From Octopus vulgaris (Eukaryota): a stretch of DNA of 64,000 nt. Each line of letters opens with the position of its first letter. Positions within the stretch are counted from its first letter, which is position 1. The notes beneath the pieces are model-generated. The model ran no database searches. It was given only the letters and a program-made list of their open reading frames with translations, and was not told the DNA's origin. Shown here one piece after another: positions 13,379 through 26,514 of the stretch. Made by a program: the position numbers and the translations under genes. Location: assembly GCA_951406725.2 (NCBI GenBank), contig OX597820.1, positions 122,884,001-122,948,000 on the forward strand. The letters are read 5' to 3'.

Positions 13379-13974
13379 ACACACGCACACACATATATAT
13401 TGCTTTAGCACTAGTTCTTTCATCCCTCTACTTTACTTATGCACACGGATTTTCATTTATTTCTTTTCCCCTTCTATTTCACAACTTCAACTAAAATATC
13501 TTCTAATCCTCTGAAATAACAAAAACAATTTCTACCATCCCCACTCGCCTAATACATCCATCCACATCTCTTCCCTGCTCTTGTGTTTCTCGTATCCTCG
13601 CACTTACATCAATCAATTTGACGATTCGTCCGCCCCATTCCGTCAGTTTTATGACAATATCTCACAGGCCACGTATTTTACAACCATTGCGCTATGCTAC
13701 TTCACACGCAACAACACTCACACCTCCGACTAGTTGCTTTTTTTTTCCTTGTCCCCAATTCATCTTTTATCACTTTCTTTGCCTATCTCTCTCGCGTAGA
13801 TCCACCCTCTTTATAAAATACAGCCACCTGTGATTCTATTTCTCCCCGTTCCCAAACTCATTCTCAGCTTCTTAACACTTTCTTCCTTGTGTCCCAACTC
13901 TTTATCTTATCCACTGCTTCACTCTGTCTCCATCGTCTAATCTACTTTGTCAGTCGGTGTGTACGTGTGTGTGT

Positions 13975-14023
<49 letters not shown>

Positions 14024-14259
14024 CGTGCGTGCGTTTGAATGGACGTATGTGTGTGCACGTACACACTCATACATACATACATATATATATATATATGTAT
14101 ATATATACCGATTCTAGATTTTTACATTACAATCTATATCTCAGGACAGGATCACAATTACATCAACAACATCATATGTCATGCTTCAAACGCAGGAATA
14201 AGGCACAGACACACAATAGAGATACGCACAACACACATATGAAGGCTATTTAAATCTCA

Positions 14260-15790
14260 CTCTTAGCTGCTGTCGTTAGTATTATCAGTTCTAAAACATA
14301 AATGTGCGAGATACTACAGAAACAGTACTGCTTTGTTTTCAGCAATCCTGATATGGCCGGTCTGGACTGTATCAGTAATGTTAATCATCAACACACTATA
14401 TTGGACATAACGTTTGGCGCCCCTGATATCTTAGAGGCAATAAACGAAAATAAACTTCAGCAGTCGGCCCTGATAGGTTCTCTGCTTGTGTCCTAAAGGT
14501 GTGCCAACACCAACTTGCATCTTTTCTTGCTAATCTGTGGAGCAATTCACTGGATGCTGGTTATATTCCTGAAAACTTTCTGTCCCGGTCTATTGTCCAT
14601 CCCAGTTTTCAAAAAGGGAAACAAGTCCTTTACAGTGAACTACCGGCCGATCTCGCTGAACTCTCATATCATCGAGGTATTTGAAAGGGTGGTGAGTTCA
14701 CGGATAACCCACGTTTTTGAAAGCAACACACTGCTGAAACTCCAAACAACATGGGTTCTGTAATGGAAGGAACTGACTAACACAGCTACTGCATCACCTT
14801 GATGACATTTTGAGAGCTTTGGGAGAGGGCTCGAATACTGTTGTCATCTACCTTGATTTCAGCAAGGTCTTTGACAGAGTGGATCATAAGATCCTCTTGA
14901 AAAAAACTATCCAAAATGGGGGTCTCTGGAAAGTTACTACAATAGATCGAGTGTTTCCGGACAAGCAGAACCCAACACGTTGTAGTCGAAGGAGTAAAGT
15001 CAAGCCCAGCCAAAGATCTACTGCCTGTCATCCAATGAACGGAAAAAAAATAATATGCTGCTGAACGAGGAGAAATTTGAATTAATCCACATCAGAAAAA
15101 AGGATATTCTGGTACTCCCATACTTCCTTCTCCCAGGTGAAACTCTCATGGCATCCAATAACATCACAGATTTGGGAGTAATTGTGGACAACAACATAAG
15201 CTGGGCCTCTCATATAACAGCAAAGATGACTTGGCCGGCAGAATGTGTTCCTGGATTCTTAGAACTTTCCAGTCGAGATAAAACCACACCATTATCTTCC
15301 TCTTCTCTACTTTTGCCCGACTTCACCTTGAATACTGTTGTCCTCTATGGTCTCCCTACACGAAACAAATTATCATGAAAACTGAAGCACCTCAAATGTC
15401 AATTGCAAAAAAGATAGATGACATTACAGGCCTTAATTATTGGGGTCGACTAGAAAAGCTTAAGCTTTATTCTCTCCAACGTCGCCGTGAGCGCTACATC
15501 ATCTGCATGAGGTGGACAATATTCCATCAGCATTGCCCAAATGATGTTGGCATCGCCTTTAAGATACACCCAAGACTTAGATCCCGTGCTACCCGCTCAC
15601 AACATAAATCATACTTACATCACATAACAACAATACGGCGCAATTATTTCACCGCAATTGGCCCCGCTCTCTTTAACATTACACCAAAACTAATTAAAGC
15701 AGAAACAGATCCCATAGACTTCAAGAATTCTTTGGATAAATTCCTTAAAAAAATCCCGGATAAACCTCCTACACCCGGATATGCAACAAA
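14260..15790 (+). mobile_element. Degraded CR1-type LINE ORF2 (RT)
   Basis: [47 protein letters not shown]. Same subfamily as 36457-37468. Frameshifted, with an internal deletion near 15015. Confidence 0.9.
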
Positions 15791-15941
15791 CTGCGTGATC
15801 TCGGCATAGCTGGAAAACTTGTAGAGTGGTTACATGACTTTCTGAAAGATAGAAGACAGGCATTATAATTTGAAAAAAAAAAATATAAGTAAGAGGCACA
15901 CGCTGGATTTGCCTCGTACTTATATGTTTAATCTAGGCATA

Positions 15942-16009
15942 CCTGTTGATGAAGACTTCGCCTAGCAAATTATTTCACTTGCTAAAAAAGACAGAAACCA
16001 TGGTCCAGG
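15942..16009 (+). ncRNA. Minimal type I hammerhead-like motif (core variant TTGATGA)
   Basis: CCTG-TTGATGA-...TAGCAA..TTGCTA..-GAAAC-catg-GTC-CAGG. Palindromic helix III as in PLE minimal hammerheads. Confidence 0.55.
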
Positions 16010-16124
16010 GAATAGATAGTAAATGTTTCTTTATTCCCTTCGAGTTTTTATCCCTAATAGTGGTTTAGACTTTAGCTGTTCCTTCTAGCGTAAAAGGACA
16101 CCTCTCGTGTATTTAAAGTACAAT

Positions 16125-16198
16125 GTATCTATATACACATATATATGTATATATATATTCATATATATAAATATATATATATATATATGTATATATAT

Positions 16199-16241
<43 letters not shown>

Positions 16242-16399
16242 TCATATATATATTTATATATATATGTAAATATATTCATATATATATATATAATATATAT
16301 ATATATATATGCATATATATATATATTCATATATATATATTGCATATATATATGTATATAATATATATATATATATATATATACATGCATATATATATG

Positions 16400-16476
<77 letters not shown>

Positions 16477-16489
16477 GCATATATATATG

Positions 16490-16546
<57 letters not shown>
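16125..16546. repeat. (TA)n compound microsatellite
   Basis: Directly visible. Confidence 0.97.
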
Positions 16547-16549
<3 letters not shown>

Positions 16550-17139
16550 TACGTACGTATTGCATGTATGTGCTTACGTGTATATTTGTAACGCATCGAC
16601 ACATGTGTGAGGCACCTTTTTTAACGTGACGAAGAATCGGCGCCGGAATATCGGAAGAATTCCGTGAGTAGATTTAAACTGAAACTTTGGTCTTCTCTAA
16701 TAATCATTTCAGCTACTTCGTCATTGTCCAGGGAAATTAACAGAGCTGACGTCTAGATAAACCTTCACATGTATAACCTGAGCAATGACTACTTGTTTAT
16801 CTTATTTGCTCGCCTCGAATCTATTAGCTATAATTACTAAATCTGACTTTATCATACTGTGTGAGATAGAGGGAGTTGCAGCACCTGTTTAACCTCTTAT
16901 GGGAAATATCGTATTGGCTAAATTGCTTGGTGTTTGGCGCTATGTAGATGTGGTAGTATTATCCTTGTGATGGTTGTGGTAGTAGTTCTGTTGAACGAGT
17001 GGTAAATATTTTGCATGGAGGATTACTGTTATGTGTATTAGCGTCGGTGGTACAATGGTAAAATAGTAAAATAGCAGGTATTTGTGGGACCTTTGGGGAA
17101 TAGTTAGACTCACTCATCTCAAATTGAGATCAACAGTTA

Positions 17140-17960
17140 CTGAGCTACAATCTCCCATGTAACGTATATGTAATTTTTTTGTATACTCCTTAAACCCTTA
17201 TGCTTATTAATACCCAGCTTTAAACAATATGACATATTTTTTTTCTCAAATGCATCCCATCCACTGTACCAAAAGGAAGTATCCTTATAAGCTTCAGTAT
17301 TAGTAATCTTTATACTAATATACCTAAAACCTTGGGCCCGGAACCAATCAAACACCGAGTACAAAAACAGAAAGAAAATAAATGAATGTTTGATCAAAAT
17401 CTCACGAAATATGTCAGAGAAAATTAGAAGCGTTTCCTTGATGACTTCTTTATTTAATGGTGGGGGGGGGGGAGGAATCAAATGATGATAGACAAACATT
17501 CAAAAGCATTCTGAACATCCTTCAGTCAACCATCAAATTGACGGGAGAAACCAGTCATAAGGAATTATCGTTGTTAGACGATCACGAAAAATATGCAACT
17601 CGAGAGTAACAACGGATATAAATTACAAAAAACAGACACACACTAATATTTACTCTTTTATTCTTTGCCAACCTCCGCCCTTCAAACGGAACATTTCATA
17701 TACGTAAGTTTCTGCCGAGCAAGACTCTGGAAAAATGCGGGAACAGCAGATTCCAGAACTTTCCTTCCTACAAATGCCCAAGGGATTATCTAAAGAACGG
17801 CAGCGCAATGAAACTACATTTGATAAAAATGTAATCACCCAGATTAAACGTATACAAAATAGATTAATCTACAGTGAGAAATCCTTATTTAAAAAACAAA
17901 TACTTTCCCAGATGAACCAAACCAGATTACCACAGAATATATTCTCTTTACTGCCTGTAT
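17140..17960 (+). mobile_element. Penelope-like element RT remnant
   Basis: Hand translation of broken frames gives ILLKPL, ILISFSISNLYTNIPKTLG, KRFLDDFFI, TIKLTGETSHKELSLLD, TTDINYKK.DTH and KRNISY, which are PLE RT and thumb motifs. Confidence 0.75.
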
Positions 17961-18242
17961 GATAGCAAGAAAAAATTCACTTAAGCAACTAAAACACAGC
18001 ACATACACACACACAAACACACACTCTTTCGCACGTGCATGCGCTTGAATTCACACAGGTACACATATGCACATTTCAAAACCTTCCAACACAATTTGGT
18101 AGATTTTATTTTCTACAGCTGGGTACCAAAACTGACCAAAATTACTGTCAGTGACAGAATGAGTAAAAGAATTGCGACTGTCATTAATTGCCCTGTCATT
18201 AATTTCAGAAAAATACCTGATTCTTTCTTTCTTTCTTTCCTT

Positions 18243-19700
18243 CCCTAGAGACAAGAAAACCCTTCTGAGACGCAGATCAAAGCTCTCGAAGCGGTTGAGT
18301 ATGCAACTGAAGGATAGGGAGAAGTCACAAGATGCGAGATCTTGGCATGGCAGGCAAACAGGAAGAGTGGCTGCAGGACTTCCCAAAAAGTCGGATTAAG
18401 GCGTTTGCAACTAATGGAGCCCTCTCTTAGGAAACACAAGTTCCGAGTGACGTCCCCCAGGGAACTGTCTTGGATCCATCACTGTTTATAATAACTCTCT
18501 CATATCTGCTTATGGTCATCTAGCCACTGTCAATAGCTATTTTTTTTCTTTATTTTTCTTTACTTGTTTCAGTCATTTGACTGTGACCATGCTGGAGCAC
18601 CGCCTTTTAGTCGAGCAAATCAACCCCAGAACTTATTCTTTGTAAGCCTAGTACTTATTCTATCGGTCTCTTTTGCCGAACCGCTAACTTACGGGGACAC
18701 ACCACCATCGGTTGTCAAGCGATGTTGGGGGGACAAACACAGACACACATGCATATATATACACATAAACGATGAGCTTCTTTCAGTTTCCGTCTGCTAC
18801 ATCCACTCACAAGGCTTTGGTCGGCCCGAGGCTATAGTAGAAGACACTTGCCCAAGGTGCCATGCAGTGGGACTGAACCCGGAACCATGTGGTTGGTAAG
18901 CAAGCTACTTACCACACAGCCACTCCTACGCCTATAGGGATGATACAAAATATTTGTAAACAATTTATGAACTCAGGCGATGCCGCAAGCTTACAGGATC
19001 CTAAACCTAAATGCAATTTACAACCGGGCTGAAGTAAACAACATGCAGCTTGATGCTGGAATATTTCAAGCACTGAACTATCAGTTCACAAATGCTCTGC
19101 AGCCTGATATACAGGACCTGCATACCGGAATTACAGACAATGAGGGACTTGGAGCTCAGTATGTGTAATGAGGCATCATTTCATATGCATATTACCAAGA
19201 TGGCAAGAAAGTGCAGAAAACAAGTAGAATGGGTATTAAGGTCCTTCAAGACAAGAGACCCTGCAGAGGGGCTTTGTTCTCAGTCGCCTGTAGTTACCAC
19301 ATAGCGCCAAACTAACAGCGGAGCTTGAAGCGGTCCAAACTCACTACACTAAAACGATTGTAAAAGGGCAGCAGATGAGTGGGATAGGCGTAAAAACTAT
19401 GACTGTAATACCTGGAGCGTAGACGCGACAGATATGTAATAAGATACTTCTGGAAAATTCTGGAAGGCCTAAGGTCAGGAACAATTACTACAACAGATTA
19501 GGGTTCAAAGATCCATAGTCCTTCAATGCCCGGCCACCAAAGATTAAGAAACCTACACAATGTGGACATGGATATCTTCGAAATGCAAGTGGACGTTCTC
19601 CTAGCTATAATACTGGCTGAACTAAGGTCGCGGTATGATGTGTAGATGAGGGCAGCAGAGTCAAATTCCCTCATACACCAACTAGCCAACAATCAGAGCA
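18243..19700 (+). mobile_element. Highly degraded CR1-type LINE interrupted by a SINE
   Basis: PRDKKTLLRRRSKL, PQGTVL, NSY|[SINE]|DDTK, HITKMARKCRKQVEWVLRSFKTRD. The 3' end resembles 43050-43130. Confidence 0.75.
18555..18934 (-). mobile_element. SINE family C inserted at the YxDD motif of the CR1 remnant
   Basis: Full-length match to 5925-6345. Confidence 0.9.
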
Positions 19701-19777
19701 AAACGTACATTCAGGAGTGCTGGTATGGAATCCCACCACTCTAAAGTCATTCAGCAAACAACAAAGATGCAGAAAGG

Positions 19778-19826
<49 letters not shown>

Positions 19827-20249
19827 TGTGTGTGTGTGTGAAAGAATAAATAAAAGAGTCAAAAGTAAGATGCTGTACGATTCGACAGCTTTTTAATGAC
19901 CACTACACGTGTTTCGATGCAACATAGATTCATCCACATATGTAGAGGATTTAAATTTTAATTAAGTAACGGTTTACCTGTATAATAGGAACTAGTTGTT
20001 TATTTTTCACATACGAGGAATGCCTAAACCTAGAATTGGCAGGATACCATAATACCGCCGGGTATCTGCTAATTCAAAGGCTGAACGAGCTCCATTTTGT
20101 ACATTACGTTCTTAACGGAATACAAAACTATATATATATATATATATAATTAATAATTTTTACTGTATCACAGTTTTTTTATGCTAGGCCACTTGGTGTT
20201 TTAAATTGACGTTATTAATTAATATTCAATTTTTTTCACCCTTATTGTG

Positions 20250-20313
<64 letters not shown>

Positions 20314-21211
20314 TACCAGCACCCACAAACCACACAGATCACACAGATGGAGCACATACACGCAAACAACCGTACAAATAGACTCACGCACACACAAACA
20401 CACACACACTCACGCATATTCTTCAACCTCAGCATACTCTAACGCGCTATCGTATTGTATTCCTTCGTTTATTTGATTCTAACAGCTTTTACCATTCGGT
20501 CTTCATTTGTCTCTGTCATATGTGTGTGTGTGTGTGTACGCGTGAATGTGCCTATATAAATATATTTATATATAAATATACATATTTATGCATGCATATG
20601 TGTGTGTATGTATGCATGCGTATATTTATGTATGTTTGTGTTTGTATATACTACACAAGCACATGAACAGATACACACACACCCATATACATGCATAAAA
20701 AAATATGCACATGGCATGATACACTTTTCGAAATCTATGTTCCTATCCTTAATCCTTCGACAGGGGCCCGCCTTGAACTCAACAATACTCTTTGTGTGTG
20801 GTCTGATATTATATTCTTTCGTAGTATGATAAGCTTAACTCTTAGATAAACAACGCTGCATTCAATGAGCGCCCCAGAATTGAACTGAGCCCCTCGCGAA
20901 CGTCCTGACCTGTCGGGCCTGTGACCTTGTTTCTGTTCGCGAGCATATTTGTTTCCTTTCTTTCATTACGGGTAAATCTTGAAAATGAAGCATATATCAT
21001 TTTGTCGTCGAAGATATATAAATATATAAATATATATGAAATTGTATTTTATTTGATACTTGGTACAATTTTAAGCTAATTTAACATTATGTGTCTTTCG
21101 TTTTTGTATGTGATTAGGAAGATTCTTAATGTGAACCTGTGTGTTGAAACAGATTTTGTTTTATCTGAAGCGAATAAAAACACATGCACTGGTTCAATTT
21201 CACATTTTTAT

Positions 21212-22021
21212 TATTCGTCAATTTGCTAAATGTTTAGCCAATTAATTAATCGATCGTTTGTTTAATCGATCAATTATTGAATCAGTCGGTTTTGTTTATA
21301 CAAGTCCTTTAGTTTCCATTCGCAACTACTATAATGACGTGTCTGGTAAAATTCAAACAATTTCGAATTTAAGAAATGCAACATCGTTTTACGAAAGGTG
21401 TGTTTTGTTCGTTATAATGTCCAGTGGTTCCACTGTCAAGAACTACTTCACCCGATTAGAATGGATGAATATTTTTAGTTCCGTTGTTTTTCTAGCAGGT
21501 TCTTAAAAAGATTATTATTTTCATATTTGTCAATGCTTCAAGCAAACTAAATTTATATGAGTATGTAATATATACAAATTCTATGGATTCATTAATCGAA
21601 CGATTAAACAAACGATCGATTAATTGGCTAAACATTTGGATGGATGGAAGCACTCCGTCGGTTACGATGATGAGGGTTCCGGTTGATCCGAATCAACGGA
21701 ACAGCCTGCTCGTGAAATTAACGTGTAAGTGGCTGAGCAATCCACAGACACGTGTACCCTTAACAGAGAGTTACAAGGCCGGCCCTTTGAAATACAGGTA
21801 CAACAGAAACAAGAAGAAAGTGTGAGAGAAAGTTGTGGTGAAAGAGTACAGCAGGGATCACCACCATTCTCTGCCGGAGCCTCGTGGAGCTTTTAGGTGT
21901 TTTCGCTCAATAGACACTCACAACGCCTGGTCTGGGAATCGAAACCGCGATCCTACGACCGCGAGTCCGCTGCCCTAACCACTGGGCCATTGCGCCTCCA
22001 CATTTAGCTAATGGACGAATA
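21212..22021. mobile_element. Foldback/MITE-like element with ~70-bp inverted repeats, right arm split by a SINE
   Basis: 21212-21283 is the imperfect reverse complement of 21586-21637 plus 22006-22021. Confidence 0.65.
21638..21999 (-). mobile_element. SINE family D (tRNA-Arg-like head)
   Basis: rc head GGAGGCGCAATGGCCCAGTGGTTAGGGCAGCGGACTCGCGGTCG..GTTTCGATTCCC. TSD ACATTT at 21632-21637 and 22000-22005. Confidence 0.9.
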
Positions 22022-22249
22022 TGGTGATTACACTGTTTTCCCTTCAATTTCAAGGCTTTCTGCCCCATCAGTTAGAATACTTCTGTTTGTAATGACTTAG
22101 CAGATAGCATACCTTCCTATACCCACTAGAAACCAAATAATTCTACATACAACAGAGCCTGTAATATTATATTTTATAAAAGCGCATCCAGACCGTTGAG
22201 ATGATTTGGAAATATAACATCTAATAACCTTACGGTATGTCTTTCCTAC

Positions 22250-22334
22250 TCCTCTGATGATGAGATTTTGCCTGATGAAATGTTTTAATTATTGAAATTT
22301 AATTCTTTGGGCAAAATCGAAACAGCTGTAAGAG
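22250..22334 (+). ncRNA. Type I hammerhead-like motif with long helix II
   Basis: CT-CTGATGA-tga-GATTTTGCC...GGCAAAATC-GAAAC-agct-GTA-AG. 9-bp helix II, palindromic helix III, weak helix I. Confidence 0.55.
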
Positions 22335-22410
22335 AATATGTTGAATGTTTGCAGTTAATAAATTATATTAATGCTACTTCTTTATTTTCTGAATTTTAAT
22401 TAGGGTATAT

Positions 22411-22917
22411 ATAGGCCACTGGATTCTCCAGCCCACTTGAGAGCCTTGCAAAATGGACATATTACAGACGTACCCCCGTAACAACCTCTCGATGAATGGC
22501 GTAATCCTCGGCAGGATCATAGTTGAGCGCCTTTGATGCCCATCGAATTGTCGATGGCCTCCAGTAGCATGATTGAAGTCTCAATCATTAGATTAAAGTC
22601 TCATCATTCGATGGTTATCGTTATCTGCCAACCTCGCGGTAGAAGTGGATGCAGTGTTGCGTGCTCCACAGAGAGCACTCTCTTCTGAGGCCTGTTCGGC
22701 CCTCGTGACAGAAGTGAATGCCGCGTTGCGTGCCCGACTGACAGCACGCTTTTGTGGGGGTTTCTGCAGCCCTTGCCTCAGCAGCACGCACTCTGTAGCG
22801 GCAGCTCTTACCAACAGTCTACAGGACCTCTGTTCCTCAGTTTCCTTAGTCTGCCAGCGTTGCAGAAGGCTTTCTGCCAATGCAGGCTCTCTTTTTAGGT
22901 GGCATGCTTGTATTATC
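22411..22917 (-). pseudogene. Helitron Rep/helicase N-terminal remnant
   Basis: After a splice-acceptor-like TTTTCTTTTCCAG, frameshifted MPPKKRACIGRK..KETEEQR..(repeats)..KALNYDPAEDY..VICPFCKALKWAGESSGL, typical of the Helitron RepHel N-terminus with its zinc finger. Confidence 0.7.
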
Positions 22918-23816
22918 TGGAAAAGAAAAATGGGTTTTAGTGTACCTAGTGATTATCGATTCTGTCATAAGCTAACAAAAACCCCTTTATTTTAGTCTTC
23001 CCACATATCCTGCGCATGACGAAACAGCGAATGCCGCATGAAGTGAAATTGGTATGGAGCTTTCTGAAAGATAGATATAGTTTTCGCTAGTGGTAGCAAA
23101 AGTTTTATTTAAAGGTTGATTCTTTGGGACGAATTATATGTGATTGTTTACAAAAGGTTAGAACGATAACGCTAAAACGTATTTGACAACGGTCGAAATA
23201 TCATAATGGATGGGTAAATAAGCATCCTTAAAATGAAACGACGCATTGGTAGGTAAACAAAGGTAATAACAAACAGAAGAGGAGAAAGGGATCATCACCT
23301 TTCAGGTGCGAATAGGTAAAGGTAAGCTTACCAAAGTTTAATGCAGCTTAAATATGGAGATTAAGATTGTTTGGTATTGAATATTCATCGCGTAATATTC
23401 CTAATCAATTTAATCAAAGTCGCAGGTGGACAGTGGAAATAAATGGACAAAATTCTTTCATTTTTATAATATTCTCTAACCAAAACTCAAATTATACATA
23501 CCAATACACATATCAAAAAATATAGAAAGTAATAATACAGAATTACAGCATATAAATAATTTTTTTTTAAATGTGATGGCCACTAAAACATTTTCTAATG
23601 CCAATATACGACCATATAGATTAACAAAGTTTGGAAGACCCTACATAAAAAAAAACTATGTACATACAACGAATTTGGATAAATATTTTAAATCAACGTA
23701 AACATTTATTTACATGAAAGGAAATTACCGGGGACATAACACGTGTCGTGCTAAAAACCCTTCTTTTTAATCGGAGCGTCTAAATAATTACAGTTGACTT
23801 CCATCTGAAAATCCAA

Positions 23817-24090
23817 TCTATACATATAAAGCGGAGGTTGTCTGTGTGTGTGTGTCTGTGGAAGGTTTGGTAGCCTTCAACTAACACTATCTCCTCCGAG
23901 ACCCTGCGGCGCAAGTTGGCCAAAACTGAGAGTATGATAGAAGAGGGCTTGCTCTTCATTCCGTAGAAGAAAAAAATTCAAATCTGACTATCTTAAGATG
24001 AAAAATTATTTACATCAAAAGTTGCTTTTTTTTCTATGAAAATCCCTATTTTTTACAATTTTTTTGACTGCTGTGTCACCATTTTCGGTG
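23817..24090 (+). mobile_element. Helitron-like 5' end fragment
   Basis: A|TCTATACATATAAAGCGGAGGTTGTCTGTGTGTG resembles the 5' ends at 345 and 51251. Confidence 0.5.
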
Positions 24091-24369
24091 TATTTTATCA
24101 CAACATCCAAGTTAATTTAAAGATATTTGGAAATAATTACTTTTTGATAATTATTTATTTAATATATTTAAATTATTCTTGGAACTAACATACTTGACCG
24201 ACAGTTTAAGAAGTTGTCACTGTTCTACTTTTGGCAAATGTCTTCCAAGTGTTTTCAATAAAATTAAGAAACAAAAACTGCTCGAAAGTCCGTTGGTTTT
24301 TAACTATAAGTTAAGGCACGTTGTTGTTGCACTCTGTTACTCTGTGTTTGCGTTCAGATTACGCTAAAG

Positions 24370-24621
24370 TAGTGGTTCATACCCAGGGTCCATATGACCC
24401 AAGGGAGTTCACATAAGATTTTACTGTTAAAATTTACGTGCAAGAAATTAGTTATAATTTTACAGTAGACAAAATATTTTCTTTTTATACAATTCCTGAT
24501 AATATTTAATTATAAAAATGCAGTAGGATTTGTTTAATATACATCGAATGGCTACCAAGGTCCAGTAAAGTAAAATAAGAGCCAAAGGGGCCCACAATTA
24601 AAAGCTGGTTGAGAACCATTG
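24370..24621. mobile_element. hAT (Charlie-like) MITE, degraded
   Basis: Ends TAGTGGTTCATACC and GGTTGAGAACCATTG resemble CAGTGGTTCTCAACC TIRs. No clear TSD. Confidence 0.45.
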
Positions 24622-25504
24622 TTCTTCAAGTTTCAAGTATATGTTGTGTAGTGATTCAAGATAATTATTTATTCGTCCGTACGCAACATATTCAAAAGTA
24701 TTTTTTGGATTTTATTGACTTTAACTTTTGACGCTTTTAATTTATCTTTTTTTTTTTTCATGTCTTGAAATTTATTACTTTGTTACGTAAAACCAAAAAT
24801 AACAAGATTGTCCCAGTAATATATTATTTATCACACAAAAAAATACCTTATAAGGAAATAAGATGTGCGAAAGTTCATGTCTTTCTCAGGCGCTTTGAAG
24901 ATGAAAGTGAAATTCAGTGAATTCCAATATGAATCGAAGCCCAGGCTGCCAAATTCGATCCAACATTCGTGTTTTCTTTTTTGTACATATTTATGCTATA
25001 TCGATTTCTCTTTGATCACGTACAAACGTATTATACATTTTGGGTCAAAAGAAATTGCATACTGCGATATTCGTCTCTCTCTAACTGTTTGAAAATAGTA
25101 GGAACAAACTTGTGCAATTATAAGTCACTCATTAATACACTGGAAACTGCTCCGGAAACTCACACAGATATATACATGTACACTTTTTGTACAAGAGAGA
25201 GATTATAGTGGTATGTAATATGAAGAATTAACGTAGGAAGGAAAAACAACTTACAAATGTGAAATCTTATAGGCTTACACACGACAAATCCCAAATGTCT
25301 GTGCATGCAAAACAAACGGTTAACTTGCCTCAAACGTTCCTTGTAAGGAGATTCAGCTGAACTACTAAAATACTTTACACTTGATAGACTTTCACCTAGT
25401 GGCCATTGGTTGTTTGGTATGATGCACTCACGCACACATGCGGCGGCTTGTGTGTATGTCTACTAGCTGTACATATTTTGGTAATGGAATGTGTAAATGT
25501 GTGC

Positions 25505-25557
<53 letters not shown>

Positions 25558-26469
25558 TATACGTTATTGGTATTTCACTTATGTTTATGAGAAGACGCAA
25601 TAAATTTTTCTGGATCTTTCTTCCATAGCAACAACGAGATTGCATTATTACTTTCCGCATGAACAAAATTAATTACAGAATGGGAAGTAATGTAAGAGTT
25701 TATTATTAATCGAAGAGAAAGAAAGTGGCGGAGAGGCAGAAATATGAGAATGTCCATTGAAATGGTTTGCAAGATTTAGTTACGGCCGTCTGCGTTTCTT
25801 AGTTCAAATCCTAACTAGTTTGACTTCCACTCCTTTCATGGTCGATAAATTAATATAAACTTGATAGAGTTCTACACCAGTGTCTGTGTGTGTAGTGGTA
25901 AGTCAATGACTATATCATTAATAAAAGGAGATAAATACGGTGGGAGGCTGGCCGAAGAAGTAGAAGTTTTTTCTTTTACCTTACACAAGTATGTAGGTTT
26001 GTATTTCCACGATCAAAATTCAAATCCTTCTGGGATTAGCAGCCTTATTTCGTTCAGTTATCCATAATTTAATTGCCATAATTTAATAGCCAAGCATCCA
26101 TCCATTTAGTTATACAGAGTTCGATTACAGATATCTGTGAACGCATGATTTCTATCTCAAATTTTATGTAAAAATGAATTTTATTCAACCGAGAATCGAA
26201 ATCGTATAGATTTCTTGCTCTGCAGCTCTCATTTAGTTTATTAGTTTACTTTTGATAGGGCACAAACTGTCGCTGATCTCGAAAAAGGAGAAATAATTTA
26301 TATTAAATCATCTCTGAGAGAAGTATAAACAGCAGCAATACGGAATCGTAACATATAATTGCCAACCTCGTGCGGTGTCCTATACAGGACAGTACTATTG
26401 ATGGGAGCTGGAAAAAGCATGAAGTATTTTGCGAGTGGAATGAGTTTTCTTTACTAGCTGGTGATTAAC

Positions 26470-26514
26470 ACACACTGAAGACGGGTAACCATCCAGAAAC
26501 TCGAGTCAATGTGT
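26470..26514 (+). ncRNA. Minimal type I hammerhead ribozyme (candidate)
   Basis: ACACA-CTGAAGA-cGGGT aacc ATCCa-GAAAC-tcga-GTC-aa-TGTGT. Confidence 0.65.

Noticed and set aside
16626-16697. Additional hammerhead-like fragments (also 11745-11790, 19897-19916, 59022-59060)
   Set aside because: Core incomplete or no helix I pairing.
22593-22995. GC-rich ORFs as a host coding exon
   Set aside because: Better explained as a frameshifted Helitron RepHel N-terminus.
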